Assembly (NCBI RefSeq): GCF_963921235.1
Contig: NC_086097.1
Coordinates: 245,956,001-246,020,000 of the forward strand
Direction: 5' to 3'
Length of the DNA: 64,000 nucleotides
DNA from: Mobula hypostoma
Taxonomy: Eukaryota
Part shown: piece after piece, positions 37,674 through 50,711 of the stretch
Numbering within the stretch: the stretch's first letter is position 1
Layout of the letters: each line of letters opens with the position of its first letter
The notes under the pieces: generated by a model
Told to the model about the DNA's origin: nothing
What the model saw: only the letters and a program-made list of their open reading frames with translations
Database searches by the model: none
Translations under genes and position numbers: made by a program

Positions 37674-37814
37674 TGATGTCAACGGTGAGGTAAAAGAAGC
37701 TCAAATTGGTGTAAGGCAACACATCATGTAAAAACACTACCATAAGAATACAAAATTAGATTAAATTCTTCTTTGTGTGTGAGCACAGTGTTAGTAGTAA
37801 TGCCTAATATTGTG

Positions 37815-38340
37815 TAGAACATACAACACTGCAGCAGAATACAGGCCATTCAGCCCATTGTGTTGTGCTGATCCTTTAACCTACTCTGAGATCAATCTAA
37901 TCCATCCCTCCACTTTTCTGTCATTCATGTGTCTATCTCAGAATTTTTTTTAAATACCCCTAATGAATTTGCCTCTATCACCACCCCTGGCAGGATACCC
38001 CACACACTCACCACTCTCTGTGTAAAGAACTTACCTCTAACATGGCACCCTGATACTTTCCTCCAATCAACTTAAAAATATACCCACTTGTATTAGCCAT
38101 TTCCACCCTGGGAAAAAGTCTCTGGCTGACCACTCAATCTATGCCTCTTATCATCTTGTGCAGCTCTATCAAGTCACCTCTCTTCCTCCTTCACTCCGAG
38201 AAAAGTCGCAGTTCACTTCAACCTATCTTCATTAGACACGCTCTCTAATCCAGGCAGCATCCTGGTAAATCTCCTCTGCATCCTCTCTAAAAGTTTCCAC
38301 ATCCTTCCTATACTGAGGCAACCAGAACTGAACACATTGT
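37815..38340 (-). mobile_element. CR1 3' fragment
   Basis: Minus strand CVQFWLPQYRKDVET plus CR1 3' UTR. Confidence 0.85.
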
Positions 38341-38449
38341 CCCAATATAAATGCAGTATTGATATCTAACACGGGAGGGCACGCATTTAAGGTGAGAGGG
38401 AGTAATTTCAAAGGAAACGTGCAGGGCAAGTTTTTTCACAGAGAGTGGT

Positions 38450-40312
38450 GAATATCCAAAATATAAAAACAGATAGCAAAAGTTTTTATAAATATATAAA
38501 GTGGAAGAGGGTGGCTGAAGACAACGTAGGTCCCTTGGAAGACGAGAAGGGGAAATTGATATTCGGTGATAAGGAAATGGCTGAGGCACTGAACGACTAT
38601 TTTGTGTCGGTCTTCACGGTGGAGAACACATCTAATATACCAAAGAAGGATGTTATGGACGAAATGGGAAGTGAAGACCTCGATAAAATCACTGTCACTA
38701 AAGAGATAGTGATGAGCAAACTAGAGGGCCTGAAGGTAGATAAGTTCCCTGGTCCTGATGGGATGCATCCCAGGGAGCTGAGAGAATTGGCAGAGGTTAT
38801 AGTAGACGCGTTGGTAATCATTTATCAAAACTCTCTAGACTCTGGGCAGGTACCAGCGGATTAGAAGACAGCAAATGTCACACCGCTTTTTAAAAATGGA
38901 TGTAGGCAAAAGACGGGCAACTATAAGCCAGTTAGCTTAACATCTGTAGTCGGGAAAATTCTTGAAGCTGTCATTAAGGAAGAAATAGTGAAACATTTAG
39001 AGAGGAGTGGTTCCATTAGACAGACGCAGCATGGATTCAGAAAGGGCAGGTCCTGTTTGACAAACTTATTGGAGTTCTTTGAGGACATAATGAGTGCAGT
39101 GGATAGAGGGGAACAGGTGGATGTCATGTACTTGGATTTCCAGAAGGCGTTTGATAAGGTGCCGCACAAGAAACTTATAAGATACGGATGCACGGAGTTG
39201 GAGGAAGTGTATTGGCATGGATAGTGAATTGGTTAACCAATCGAAGGCAGAGAGTTGGTATAAATGGGTGTTTCTCTGGTTGGCAGTCAGTGGTGAGTGG
39301 GGTGCTGCAGGGGTCGGTGCTGGGCCCACAGCTCTTTACCATTTGCATTGATGATTTGGAAGAGCGGAGAGTGTAGCATAGCAAAATTTGCTAATGCCAC
39401 TAAACTGAGTGGAAAAGCAAATTATACAGAGGATGTGGAGAGTCTGCAGAGGGATAGAGATAGGTTAAGTGAGTGGGCCATGGTCTGGCAGATGGAATAC
39501 TACATTGGTAAATGCGAGATCATCCACTTTGGAAGGAATAATAGAAGAGCAGGTTATTATTTAAATGGTGAAAGATTGCAGCATGCTGTTGTGCAGAGGG
39601 ACTTGGGAGTGCTTGTTCATGAATCGCAAAATGTTGGTTTGCAGGTACAACAGGTTATTAAGAAGACAAACAGAATGTTGGCCTTCATTGCTAGAGGGAT
39701 TGAATTCAAGAGTAGGGAGGTCATGCTGCAACTATACAGGGTACTGGTGAGGCCGCACCTGGAGTACTGTGTGCAGTTCTGGTCTCCATACTTGAGGAAG
39801 GATATACTGGTTTTGGAGGCAGTGCAGAGGAGGTTCACCAGGTTGATTCTGGGGATGAAGGGGTTAACCTATGAGGAGAGATTGAGTCACCTGGGACTAT
39901 ACTCTCTGGAGTTCAGAAGAATGAGAGGGGATCTTATAGAAACATACAAAATTTTGAAAGGGATAGATAAGATAGAAGCAGGAAAGTTGTTTCCATTGGT
40001 CGGTGAGACTAGAACTTGGGGACATTGTTTCAAGATTCAGGGGAGAAGATTTAGGATGGAGATGAGGAGAAACTTTTTCCCAGAGAGTGGTAAGTCTGTG
40101 GAATTCTCTGCCCAGGGAAGCAGTTGAGACTTCTTCACTAAATATATTTAAGATACAATTAGATAGGTTTTTACATAGTAGGGGAATTAAGGGTTATGGG
40201 GAAAAGGCAGGTAGATGGAGCTGAGTTTACAGACAGATCAGCCATCTTATTGAATGGTGGGGCAGGCTCGATGGGCCGGATGGCCGACTCCTGCTCCTAT
40301 TGCTTATGTTCC
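38450..40312 (+). pseudogene. CR1 LINE ORF2 remnant (RT domain), 5'-truncated
   Basis: [41 protein letters not shown] and LVRPHLEYCVQFW; several stops and frameshifts; tail ttgcttatgttc. Confidence 0.93.
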
Positions 40313-40804
40313 CATGTCCTGGGTGGTGGTGAAGGTAAATACAATTGAGCTGTTCAAGGGGCTCTCCTCTCAGATAGTCACACGAATGTGCATGAAACAT
40401 TAACATGGACATTATGTAGGCAGAAGGGATAAGTTTGGTGGGCATTTGAGACTAAATTTTCTAATTAAATTGACTAAACTAATTACTACTATTATTTATT
40501 TAGAGCTACAGCACGAAAACAGACTCTTCTGGCCCAGTGAGCTAACACCACCCAATAACACCCAATTCACCTACTAGCCCATACATCTTTGGAATGTGGG
40601 AGGAAAACGAAAAACCCAGAGGAAGCCTACAGGGTCACAGGAAGAACGTACAAACTCCTTTTACAGACAGCAGCAGCAATCGAACCTGAGTTGCTGGTGA
40701 TACTAACGTGTTACGCTAACCCACTACCTTGTACCGTTTCCTTCTCTACATCAACATGTCATGAGACGGAGGGAATCAGAGCTTCTTAAAGTTGTAAGCA
40801 TTGG

Positions 40805-41470
40805 AGATTCTGCAGATGCTAGACATCCAGGGCAACGCACACAAAATGCTGGAGGAACCCAGCAGGTCAGGCAGCATTAATGGAAATGATTAAACTGATG
40901 ACATTTTGCACCGAGACCCTTCATTGGAAAGGAAGGGGAGGATGCCAGGATAAGAAGCTATAGGGCAAGCTAGTCAGTGATAGGTGAAGCCAGGTGGGTG
41001 GTCGAGGGAGGAGGATGAAGCAAAAAGCTGGGAAGTGATAGGTGTAAAAGGTCAAGGGCTGAAGAACAAGGAATCTGATAGGAGACGAGAGTGGACAATG
41101 GGAGAAGGGGAATGAAGGGAAGGTGATAGCCAGGTGAGGTGAAGAGGTAAGAGGTCAGAGTGGGGAATAGGTGAAGAGAGAAGAGGGAGGGAGAAAAAAA
41201 TTACCAGAAGGAGAAATCAATGTTCATGCCATCAGGTTGAGGGCTACTGAAAGGTGTTGCTCTTCCACCTTGAACGTGGCCTCATTATGGCGGAAGAGGT
41301 CGTGGATTGGCATGTCGGAACGGGAAAGGAGGATAGGAATTAAGATGGTTGGCCACCGGGAACCTCGGCTTTTTGTCAATGAAGTGGAGGTTCTTGACAA
41401 AGCGGTCTACGTCAGGCCCCAGCAATGTAGAGGAGGCTGTGTTTGGAGTACCAGATACAGGAGATGACCC
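40805..41470 (-). mobile_element. Penelope-like element 3' remnant (GIY-YIG C-terminal region + pseudo-LTR)
   Basis: Minus-strand DRFVKNL...FPVANHLNS remnant, a pyrimidine-rich tract, then the degenerate hammerhead/pLTR repeat. Confidence 0.7.
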
Positions 41471-43914
41471 CAGCCTCGCCAGAAGGAAGTTGCACCATGT
41501 ACCAAATTCACAGTTGGCAGGAAACTCATTTGTTGCGCAATACAGCCGTGAGTGTTGTGTTACATCAGCTACATAGGAATAGGCTTCTCTGAAACAGTTG
41601 CTGTGGTGCAAAATACAAAATGCAACTCATCATGAACATCATAACAAGCTAATTTCAAAGTCATGTAGTTGTTGTGTAATGTACGGCTTGTACGGCAGGG
41701 TGAGTAGCAGTAATGTGATCAGTCAAGTCGGGTATCAAAGTTCAAGGTTCAAAGTTCAAAATATATTTACTATCAAAGTATGCATATATTATACAAAGTT
41801 GTGACTTGTCTCCTAACACGAAACAAAGAAACTCAAAAGAACATTTTTAAAAAGACTGTCAAACATCCAATGTGTAAAAAAACAAATAATTCAAACAATA
41901 AACAGAAGCATTCTGAACTTAAGTTCACAGAGAGTCCATCCCCAGACCCTTAGTTCAACGCAAAGCTGAGTAAACTTGGCTGAGCCGTCCCAACCTTCAC
42001 CTCGGGCCTGGACACCCTGACCTTTTCAATGTGGCCCGGCGTCTAAATCCTCATTCAGATCCTGCCGCCTGGATTTCACCTGTACATAGCCTTACCAATT
42101 CTGCACGGCGCTTCAATTGGCATCCACACATTGGGTTCATTCATCTCCCGCTCTGGGGCTTGGACCCCACCAGCTCGGTACGGCCTGCACCCGACCTTTC
42201 CGATTCGGCCCGGCGCCCATTCGATTGAACCTCGTGTCTTCCTCGCCCACGGCAATGGGCCCATTGCCTCTCCTGGCTTCTGTTGTTCCACTTTGAATCG
42301 CCTCCAAGTCCAAAGGGAAAGTTACAGGCTATTGTTTGTGATGGCCGTTTACCAGAAAAAGAGTGATGAACAAAATATTGAGTTGTTTTCTGTGTTTCAT
42401 TAGCCACCAGCCAGAAGTCACTGACATTCACCAGTGCCATCTGAAACCAGAAGCTGTTCTACCAAGGAGTTATTCCCTTAATGGAGAATGCCTGTGCGTG
42501 ACTTTGTTTGACATGGTGAGGCTGCTGCAAGGGCAGCAAAATAACCGGGACCCTTCACTGCTGTAGCCTTCCTTCTCCTTCACCTTCACTGCAGTTATGA
42601 TGCGTCACCATCTTCCGCCAACTCCATCGTTGAGTTCTTGGTTGGATCACTCTTTGACTGGATCCTCACCCTTGACCTTACCACCGGATGGTTAAACTCT
42701 AGACAGTATTACTCTCAGGAACTCAAAAGCCTCACAGGCCTCTCCACCGGGACAAGGTGATGACATTCAGAGAAGGTGGCAGGATTATCCCACTGGCACA
42801 CTGAGGCTGACTCGTGCCCCATTGGACCGAATGCCCAACTTTTTCCAGGATTGACCCATACATAAGTGATCTCCCAACTTCACCGAGAATGATGCGATAA
42901 CTGGCTCCATAGGAGCAGGCGGAGTAGGAGGTGATGTCTACTGTCCAGTGATGGAGGCTAATTTCCCATCACTCTCTGTGAGGAGTTTGTACATTCTCAC
43001 TGTGACTGCATGGTCTTCCTCCAGGTGCTCCAGTTTCCTCAGACAGTCCAAAGACGAACGGGTTAGGGTTGCTAAGTTGTGGGCATGCTACACTGGGGCC
43101 GGAGGCATGGTGACACTTGCAGGCTGCCCCCAGCACATCCTCAGACTTAGTTCATTGTTGGCGCCAATGAGGCATTTCATTGAATGTTTCGATGTACATG
43201 AGGCAAACGAGTCTCATGTTACTAAACACACCTTGGTCGGAGGATAATTTGTCAAGTCTGGGACACGAGATTGCATGAGGCTTTGGGAAGGTGGTGAAGA
43301 CTTTGTAAGAACATGGAACCATGTTTTTTTTTACATTTGGCCATCATGTGAAAAACACAGAAAACAGAAAGAATGGGCTAAACTCAGGCTAGGAAATCCA
43401 AGGTCCTTGGCATTCTTGAAGATATTTTAACAAACTCACTAAACATTAGAGGTAAAACAGACCAGAAAGATTCTGCAGATGCTGGAAATCTGGAATGGCA
43501 CATACAAAATGCAAGAGGAACTCAGCAGGTCAGTCAGCGACTATGGAGGGGAATGAACAGTTGGCATTTCGGGCAACGACAATGACAGGTTATATTTAGG
43601 ACACGTGAGACTGAAGATACTGCAAACTGGACCAACAGACCAATGTTCCTTCTAATTTGTAATGACCAGTGTTTGCAAAAAATCTTGTGCTGTGCGATTT
43701 TTTGCCCAGTAACAACAACCTGTGTGCACTGGTAAGATGGCTGTACATTCGAACACAGCGGCCAACCAAAGGTGCACTTTTCTTATTAAAATGTGTTTAT
43801 GATCATGAGACTATACTATACTCCAAGATCAATGGATACAGCAGGTTTAACACGTCAGTGATCTGTTCATTGTTCAGAGCCACCAGCCGGAATCTCGATG
43901 GAACCAGTTGAAGA

Positions 43915-44895
43915 GTTGGAGAAGGAGAAGCAGTGCTCGGCCAGGAGAAGGAGAAGTTGGCGGACAAGTCAGAGAAGGAGAAACCACTGCTCGGCTGGAA
44001 GGAGGAGGTGGCGGTCAGCTAGAAGAAGGAGCAGCCGGTGTACAGGCCAAAGAAGCTAGCGGTCAGCTGGAAGAAGGAGAAGCCATATATAACCATATAA
44101 CAATTACAGCACGGAAACAGGCCACCTCAGCCCTTTGAGTCCGTGCCGAACTCTTACTCTCACCTAGTCCCACCGACCTGCACTCAGCCCATAACCCTCC
44201 ATTCCTTCCCTGTCCATATAGCTGTCCAATTTAACTTTAAACGACAACATAGAACCTGCCTCAACCACTTCTGCTGGAAGCTCGTTCCACACAGCTACCA
44301 CTCTGAGTAAAGAAGTTCCCCCTCATGTTACCCCTAAACTTTTGTCCTCTAATTCTCAGCCCATGCCCTCTTGTTTGAATCTTCCCCACTCTCAATGGAA
44401 AAAGTCTAACCACGTCAACTCTATCAATCCCCCTCATAATTTTAAACACCTCTATCAAGTCTCCCCTCAACCTTCTACACTCCAAAGAATAAAGACTTAA
44501 CTTGTTCAACCTTTCTCTGTAACTTAGGAGATGAAACCCAGGCAACATTTTAGTAAACCTCCTCTGTACTCTCTCAATTTTATTGACATCTTTCCTATAA
44601 GTCGGTGACCAGAACTGTACACAATACTCCAGATTTGGCCTTACCAATGCTTTATACAAATTCAACATTACATCCCAACTCCTATACTCAATGCTCTGAT
44701 TAATAAAGGCCAGCAAAGCAAAAGCTTTCTTCACCACCCTATCCACATGAGATTCCATCTTCAGGGAACTATGCACCATTATTCCTAGATCCCTCTGTTC
44801 TAAAGCATTCTTTAATGCCCTACCATTTACCACATAAGCCAGCGGTCAGTCAGAAGGAGAAGCTGGCGGTCAGCCAGAAGGAGAAGCCGGTGGAT
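43915..44895 (+). repeat. degenerate ~21-24-bp minisatellite split by a CR1 insertion
   Basis: Units like gcggtcagccagaaggagaagct at 43915-44085 and 44836-44895. Confidence 0.75.
44086..44835 (-). mobile_element. CR1 3' fragment with TSD
   Basis: ORF 44261-44833: LVRPNLEYCVQFWSP; TSD aagcca (44080-44085, 44836-44841). Confidence 0.92.
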
Positions 44896-47684
44896 GGGAC
44901 AGAAAAGGTTCAGAGGAGCTGAGCTGGTGCAGACTGTGCTGCTGACTACTTGAAGACATCGAAGTTGGTACACAAAAGCAGCATGCAGTATGGCCATGAG
45001 TGACTGTACTGGATGCTTCCCTTGCGATCGCAAGACCCTGTTGGACATTGACAATGTCAGATGCCACCGGCCTGTTCTCTTGTGTGGTGGGGAGAGAGGT
45101 GACAAGGCAGTGGCGTGGCCTCACTTGTAGCGAAGACTAGGCCTCAAGTCGTGGGCTTGCCTGCTGCTGCAGTCCAGGTGAGATGATGCTGGATGTGGTG
45201 GAGCGTGGAGTGTGTGCTCGGTTGGAAGCTGGCCTCTACTGTCAGTGCTGCCCTCCAGTGTTCAACTGGCACAAGGACAGGTTGGATTGCCAGGAGCTGT
45301 ACCATCAATTTGCATGTCGTTCAGGGTCTTGAACTATACATGTGTTTTCTTGCGTAACAATGTCTGTGTGTGTGTTGTTTTTTTTTCTTTCTCACCATTT
45401 TGAATGTATGTTATGCACCTGGTCCCCAGAGGAACCCAATCTCTTTCGACTCTAACCATGTATGGTCTGATTGATAATTAAACTTGATTTGATTTGAATA
45501 ATTTCTCCAATAAAATCAGTATAAATAAGCCAGTTCTAAAACCTGCAGACAAATCATCGCAAACTCCACGTTGTCAACACCATCCGCATCAGAAACTGGA
45601 AAAAGAAAAAATGTGATTGTGTACAATCGTGAAATAAGACCATAAAAGCAGAATTAGGCCATTGAGTCTGCTCTGCCATTCAATCAAGGCTGATCACTTT
45701 TTCATCTCCTCAGCCCCACTCCCTGGCTGTCTCCCTGTAACCTTTGGTGCTGTGTCCAATCAAGAACCTATCAAACTCTGCCTTAAATACACCCAACGGC
45801 CTGGCCTGCACAGCTGCCTGAGGTAATAAATTCCACAAATATACTAAACAGGCCAATGAGGTAGATGGTGACAACCTTTCGTGCGCAATTAAATTCCTTT
45901 GTGCACTAGTAGCAAAATGATGCGTGTGCACGCACACCTCGGAGGGAGCATTGCGACAGACTATCTGCTGAGAGAATTGCTTAGAGAATTAATGATTAAG
46001 AATTGGTATCAAAAATTGTATTCCTGCAGTGTTTTTGTGTGACTTTCTCTGGATTTCCAGCATCTGTAGATTCTCTTACGTCTCCATTCTTTACATTGAC
46101 CAGTCTGTTGCAAATTATTTTGTCATTATTTGAAAATGTACGTCATTCAATCCCATGGGTCTGTCCTATCAATTAAGCTATTTCAATTCCTGTTATGCCA
46201 ATTTGTTCCATATCTTTAATTTGCTGACTCAACAATAATCCACCACAAGCCTTGAAAATGCTGATTGATTCAAGATTTCCACCATTAATTCATTTTGTTG
46301 AAATGAACCACAACCTTATAAAAGCCTGTTAGGCTTGAAAACTCCAATTAACGCGGCAACCACACACTTTTTGAAGAAAATTTACTGTATGATTTCAAAG
46401 TTCAAACTGGAAAGTAAAGATAAAAGTAAATTTATTATCAAAGAACGTATATGTTACCATACCCTGAGATTCACTTTCTGGCAGTCATTCATAAAACAGT
46501 GCAACAGAATCAGTGAAAATCTATGCACCAGACAAATGACCAAAGTGCAAACAAAGACAAACTGTGCAAATACAAAAAAAGATAATAAATAACTAAGTAA
46601 ATAAATAATACTGAGAACACGAGTTGTTGAGTCCTTGAATTTGAATCTATAGGTTGTTAACTCAGTTCAGAGTTGAGGTGAGTGAAGTTATCCACACTGG
46701 TTCAGGAGCCTGATGGTTGAGGGGTAATAACTGTTCCTGAACCTGCTGGTGTGGGACCCAAGGCTCCAGTACAGCAGGGAGAAGACAGCATGGCCTGGAG
46801 TGGGAAGATCACTAATGGAAGATGCTTTGTGCGGCGGTGCCCGTTGTAATCAATGGTGGGGAGGGCTTTTCCTGATGGACTGGGCTGTACTCACTACTTT
46901 TTGTAAGCTTTTCTATTCAAGGGTATTGGATACTCTCCACTGTGCATCTATTGAAGTTTGTCTCAGGGTATGGCAACATATGCGTACCTTGATAATAAAC
47001 TTATTTTATCTTTACTTTCCAGTTTGAACTTTTGAAATTGTACAATAAATTTTCTTCAAAAAGTGTGTGGTGCCAAATCTGTGCAAACCCCTAAGAAAGT
47101 AGAGGCACTGTCATGCCTTTTTTGTAACATCACTTACGTGCTGCACCCACGACAGATCCTCTGAAATGACAACACCGAGGGATTTAAAGTCCTCAAACTC
47201 CCTACTATAGGAAACATCCTCTCCACATCCACTCTATCTAGGTCTTTCACTATTCGACAGATTTGAATGATATAACCCATCATTCGTCTAAATTCCAGCA
47301 AATACAGGCCCAGAGGCATCAAACGCTTCTCATGCGTTAACCATGATGATGCCAAGAATTATCCTCGTCTCCCCTGACTACACCAGTCCTCAGATGCTGG
47401 CAGTTATCTAAGACTGAGTGAAGGTCCCATTCCTCAGGACAGACATTGGGTTGTGAATGAGAGAGAAATAATTTCAATCAAGTTAACACTTTTCATGATC
47501 CCAGAATGATACTTAATCAGTTAATTTTATATTTTGAACTGTAGTCACCATCATAATGTCCTTCCATCCATTTGAAGTTGGACTGGATGCCTGGAGTTAT
47601 AAGGAGAGGCTCGATAGGCTGGAGATTTTTTTTTCCCACTGGAACACAGGAGACGGAGAGATGATGATATGAAGAGTGTTTGAT

Positions 47685-47890
47685 ACCACCGATGCAGCAG
47701 AGAGGGCCTCAAGATGGCTGTGGCTCAAAAGAGGGGAGCCATGGAGTCATAAGTAGCTAGCCATCTGGACACAAGCTGGGGTCTGATCAGCCCCGGCTGG
47801 GTCATCTGGAGGAGGTTGTATGATGTTGAAAGACCTGAAACACCCGATGATTCCAGGAACATCACTGAAGAGGTGTCCAGAAGCATCAAT
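47685..47890 (+). mobile_element. 3' end of a Hero-like (restriction-endonuclease class) non-LTR retrotransposon
   Basis: TDAAERASRWLWLKRGEPW C-terminal motif, followed by a self-complementary 3' UTR (ctggacac...gtgtccag; gctgggg...ccccggc). Family recalled from memory. Confidence 0.55.
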
Positions 47891-48744
47891 AGATGTACGT
47901 ACACAGCAGATGGCTCTGAGCCTGTACTTGCTGGAATCCAGAAGAATGAGGAACGACCTCATTGAAACCTTTTGAATGGCGATGGCCTTGATAGAGTGGA
48001 ATCAGAGAGGATGTTCCCAGTGGTGGGAGAGTCTAAGATCAGAGGCTATAGCCTAAGAAATAGAGGGGCATCCGTTTAGAATGGAGATGAGGAGGTATTT
48101 CTTTAGCGGAGAGGGGTGAATTCTTTGCCAGAGGCGGCTGTGGAGGCAAAGTCTTTATGTGTATTTAAGGCAGGCTTTGATAGATTCTTGATTAGTCAGG
48201 GCATGAAGGGATACCGGGGGAGGGGGAAGGCAGGAGACTGAGGCCAAGAGGAAAAATGGATCAGCCATAATAAGATAGCAGAGAAGACTTGATGGGCCAA
48301 ATGGCCTAATTCTGCTACTGTACCTTATGGTCTTATGGTTATAGAGGTTTACAAGATCATGAGGGGCATAGATAAAGTAAATGGTCGGAGCATATTTCCC
48401 AGGGTAGGGGAATTAAAAACCAGAGGGCTCAGTTCTAAGCTGCGAGTAAAAAGATTTAAAGGGTCCAGACGGTGAACTTTTTCACCTTTTTGCCTATCCA
48501 CACTAATGCTATTTGCCCACATTAAGACATAGGAGCAGGATTAGTCCTTTTGCCCATCACATCTGCTCCACTATTCTATTGTGGCTGATTTATTATCGCT
48601 TTCAGCCCCATTCTCCTGCCTTCCCGCAACACCCTTTCTAATCAAGAACTTATCAACCTCCACTTTAAGTACACCCAATGACTTGGCGTCCACAGCTGTC
48701 TGTGGTAATAATTCCACAGATTCACCACTCTCTGGCTACAGATA

Positions 48745-50500
48745 TTCATAAGTCACAGGATGAGAATTAGGCTATGTGGCCTATCAAGTCTGCTCTGCCA
48801 TTCAATCATAGCTGAACCTTTTTCCCCTCCTCAGCCCTACTCCCTGACCTTCTCCCCATAACCTTTGATGCCTTAAACACACCCAACAGCTGATTGTGGT
48901 AAAAAAATTCCACAAACTCACCACAAATTTCTCCGCATCTCAGTTTTAAGTGGACACACTCTATCCTGAGGCTCCCCCACCACGGGAAATATCCTTTCCA
49001 CATCTACTCTATCTAGGCTTTTCAACATTCAAAAGATTTGAATGAAATCCCACCTCATTCTCCTAAATTCGAATGAGTACAGAACCAGAGCCATCAAATG
49101 TTCCTTGTATGATAACCCTTTCATTCCTGGAATCATCCTTGAAAACCTCCTCTGGACCATCTCCAATGCCAGCACATCTTTGCTTAGAGGAGGAGGCCAA
49201 AACTGTTCATAATACTTAAGGTGAGTCCTCACCAGTGCCTTATAAAGCCTCAGCATCCTTGCTCTTGTATTCTAGACCTCTTGAAATGAATGCTAACATG
49301 GCATTTGCCTTCCTCACCACCGACTCAACCTGCAACTTAACCTTTAGGATGTTCTGCACAAGGACTCCCAAATCCCTTTGCATCTCAGATTTTTTAAGTT
49401 TCTCCCCATTTAGAGGGTAGTCTGCATATTTATTTCTACTACCAAAGTGCATAACCATGCATTTCCAACATTGTATTTCATTTACCACTCTCTTGCCCAT
49501 TCTCCTAATCTGTCCAAGTTCTTCTGAAGCCTACTTGTTTCCTCAATACTACCTGCCCCTCTACCAATCTTTGTATCATTTGCAAACTTGGCAACAAAGC
49601 CACCTATTCCATCATCTAAATCATTTATATACAGCATAAAAAGAAGTGGTCCCAAATCCGACCCCTGCAGAACACCACAAGTCACTGACAGCCAACCAGA
49701 AAAGGATCCTTTTATTCCCACTTGCTGCCTCCTACTAATCAGCCAATGTTCTAACCAAGCTAGTAACCTTTCTGTAATACCACGGGCTCTTAACCTGGTA
49801 AGCAGCCTCAAGTGTGGCACCTTGTCAAAGGCCTTTGAAAGTCCAAATATACAACATCCACTGCATCCCCTTGATCTATCCTACTTGTAATTTCCTCAAA
49901 GAATTTCAACGGGTTCGTCGGGCAGGATTTTCCCTTAAGGAAACCATGCTGACTTTGTACCATCTTGTCCTGTGTCACCAAGTACTCCATAGCCTCATCC
50001 TTCACAATTGACTCCAACATCTTTCAAACCACTGAGGTCAGGCTAACTGGTCTATAATTTCCTTCCTGTTGCTTTCCTCCTTTTCTTAAAGAGTGGAGTA
50101 ACATTTGCAATTTTCCAGTCCTCTGGCACCATGCCGGAGTCCAATGATTTTTGAAAGTTCATTGCTAATGCCTGCACAATCTCTACTGCTACCTCTTTCA
50201 GAACCCTAGGGTATAGTTCATCTGGTCCTGGTGACACATGCACCTTTAGGTCTTTCAGCTTTTTGAGCACCTTCCCCTTGTAAAAATAACTGCTCTCACT
50301 TCTCTTCACTCACACCTTTCAACATCTGGCACACTGCTCGTGCCTTCCACAGTGAATACTGATGCAAAAATCCTTATTTTGTTCATCTACCATCTCCTTG
50401 TCCCCAGTATTATTTCTCTGGCCTCATTTTCTAGTAGTCATATATCCACTCTCATCTCTCCTTTATGTTTTTACACACTTGAAAAGCTTTTACTATCCAC
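48745..50500 (-). pseudogene. CR1 ORF2 remnant (RT), heavily frameshifted
   Basis: SPGPDELYP, PEDWKIANVTPLFKK, QHGFLKGKSC, QGSDLGPLLF and FANDTK in successive frames. Confidence 0.9.
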
Positions 50501-50631
50501 TTCCTCCTCACGAGGAGAAATTCCTCCTCATCTCTGTTTTTGAAAGTGTACTTCTATTCTGGGGCTGTGCCCTCTGGTCAGAGACTCCCCAACTATAGGA
50601 AACACCCTCTCTACATCCACTCCATCTAGGC

Positions 50632-50711
50632 CAAAGGTTTCCAACCTTTCTAAAGCCATGGACCTCTATCATTAATCGAGGGGTGAATGGACACCAGGTT
50701 GGGCACCCCTG
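50632..50711. mobile_element. 80-bp hAT/Charlie-like MITE
   Basis: TIR caaaggtttccaacc / ggttgggcacccctg; 8-bp TSD atctaggc/atctgggc inside a CR1 fragment. Confidence 0.8.

Larger units (their letters stand above)
43641..45953. mobile_element. hAT-type non-autonomous element carrying nested insertions
   Basis: TIR caatgttccttct / ggagggagcattg; 8-bp TSD caacagac (43633-43640) / cgacagac (45954-45961). Confidence 0.75.

Noticed and set aside
43915..44085. CRISPR-like array
   Set aside because: Degenerate tandem units with no unique spacers, no cas genes, and a vertebrate context.
47815..47880. hammerhead ribozyme in the Hero-like UTR (CTGAAGA and GAAA words)
   Set aside because: The order of motifs and helices could not be assembled into a hammerhead topology.
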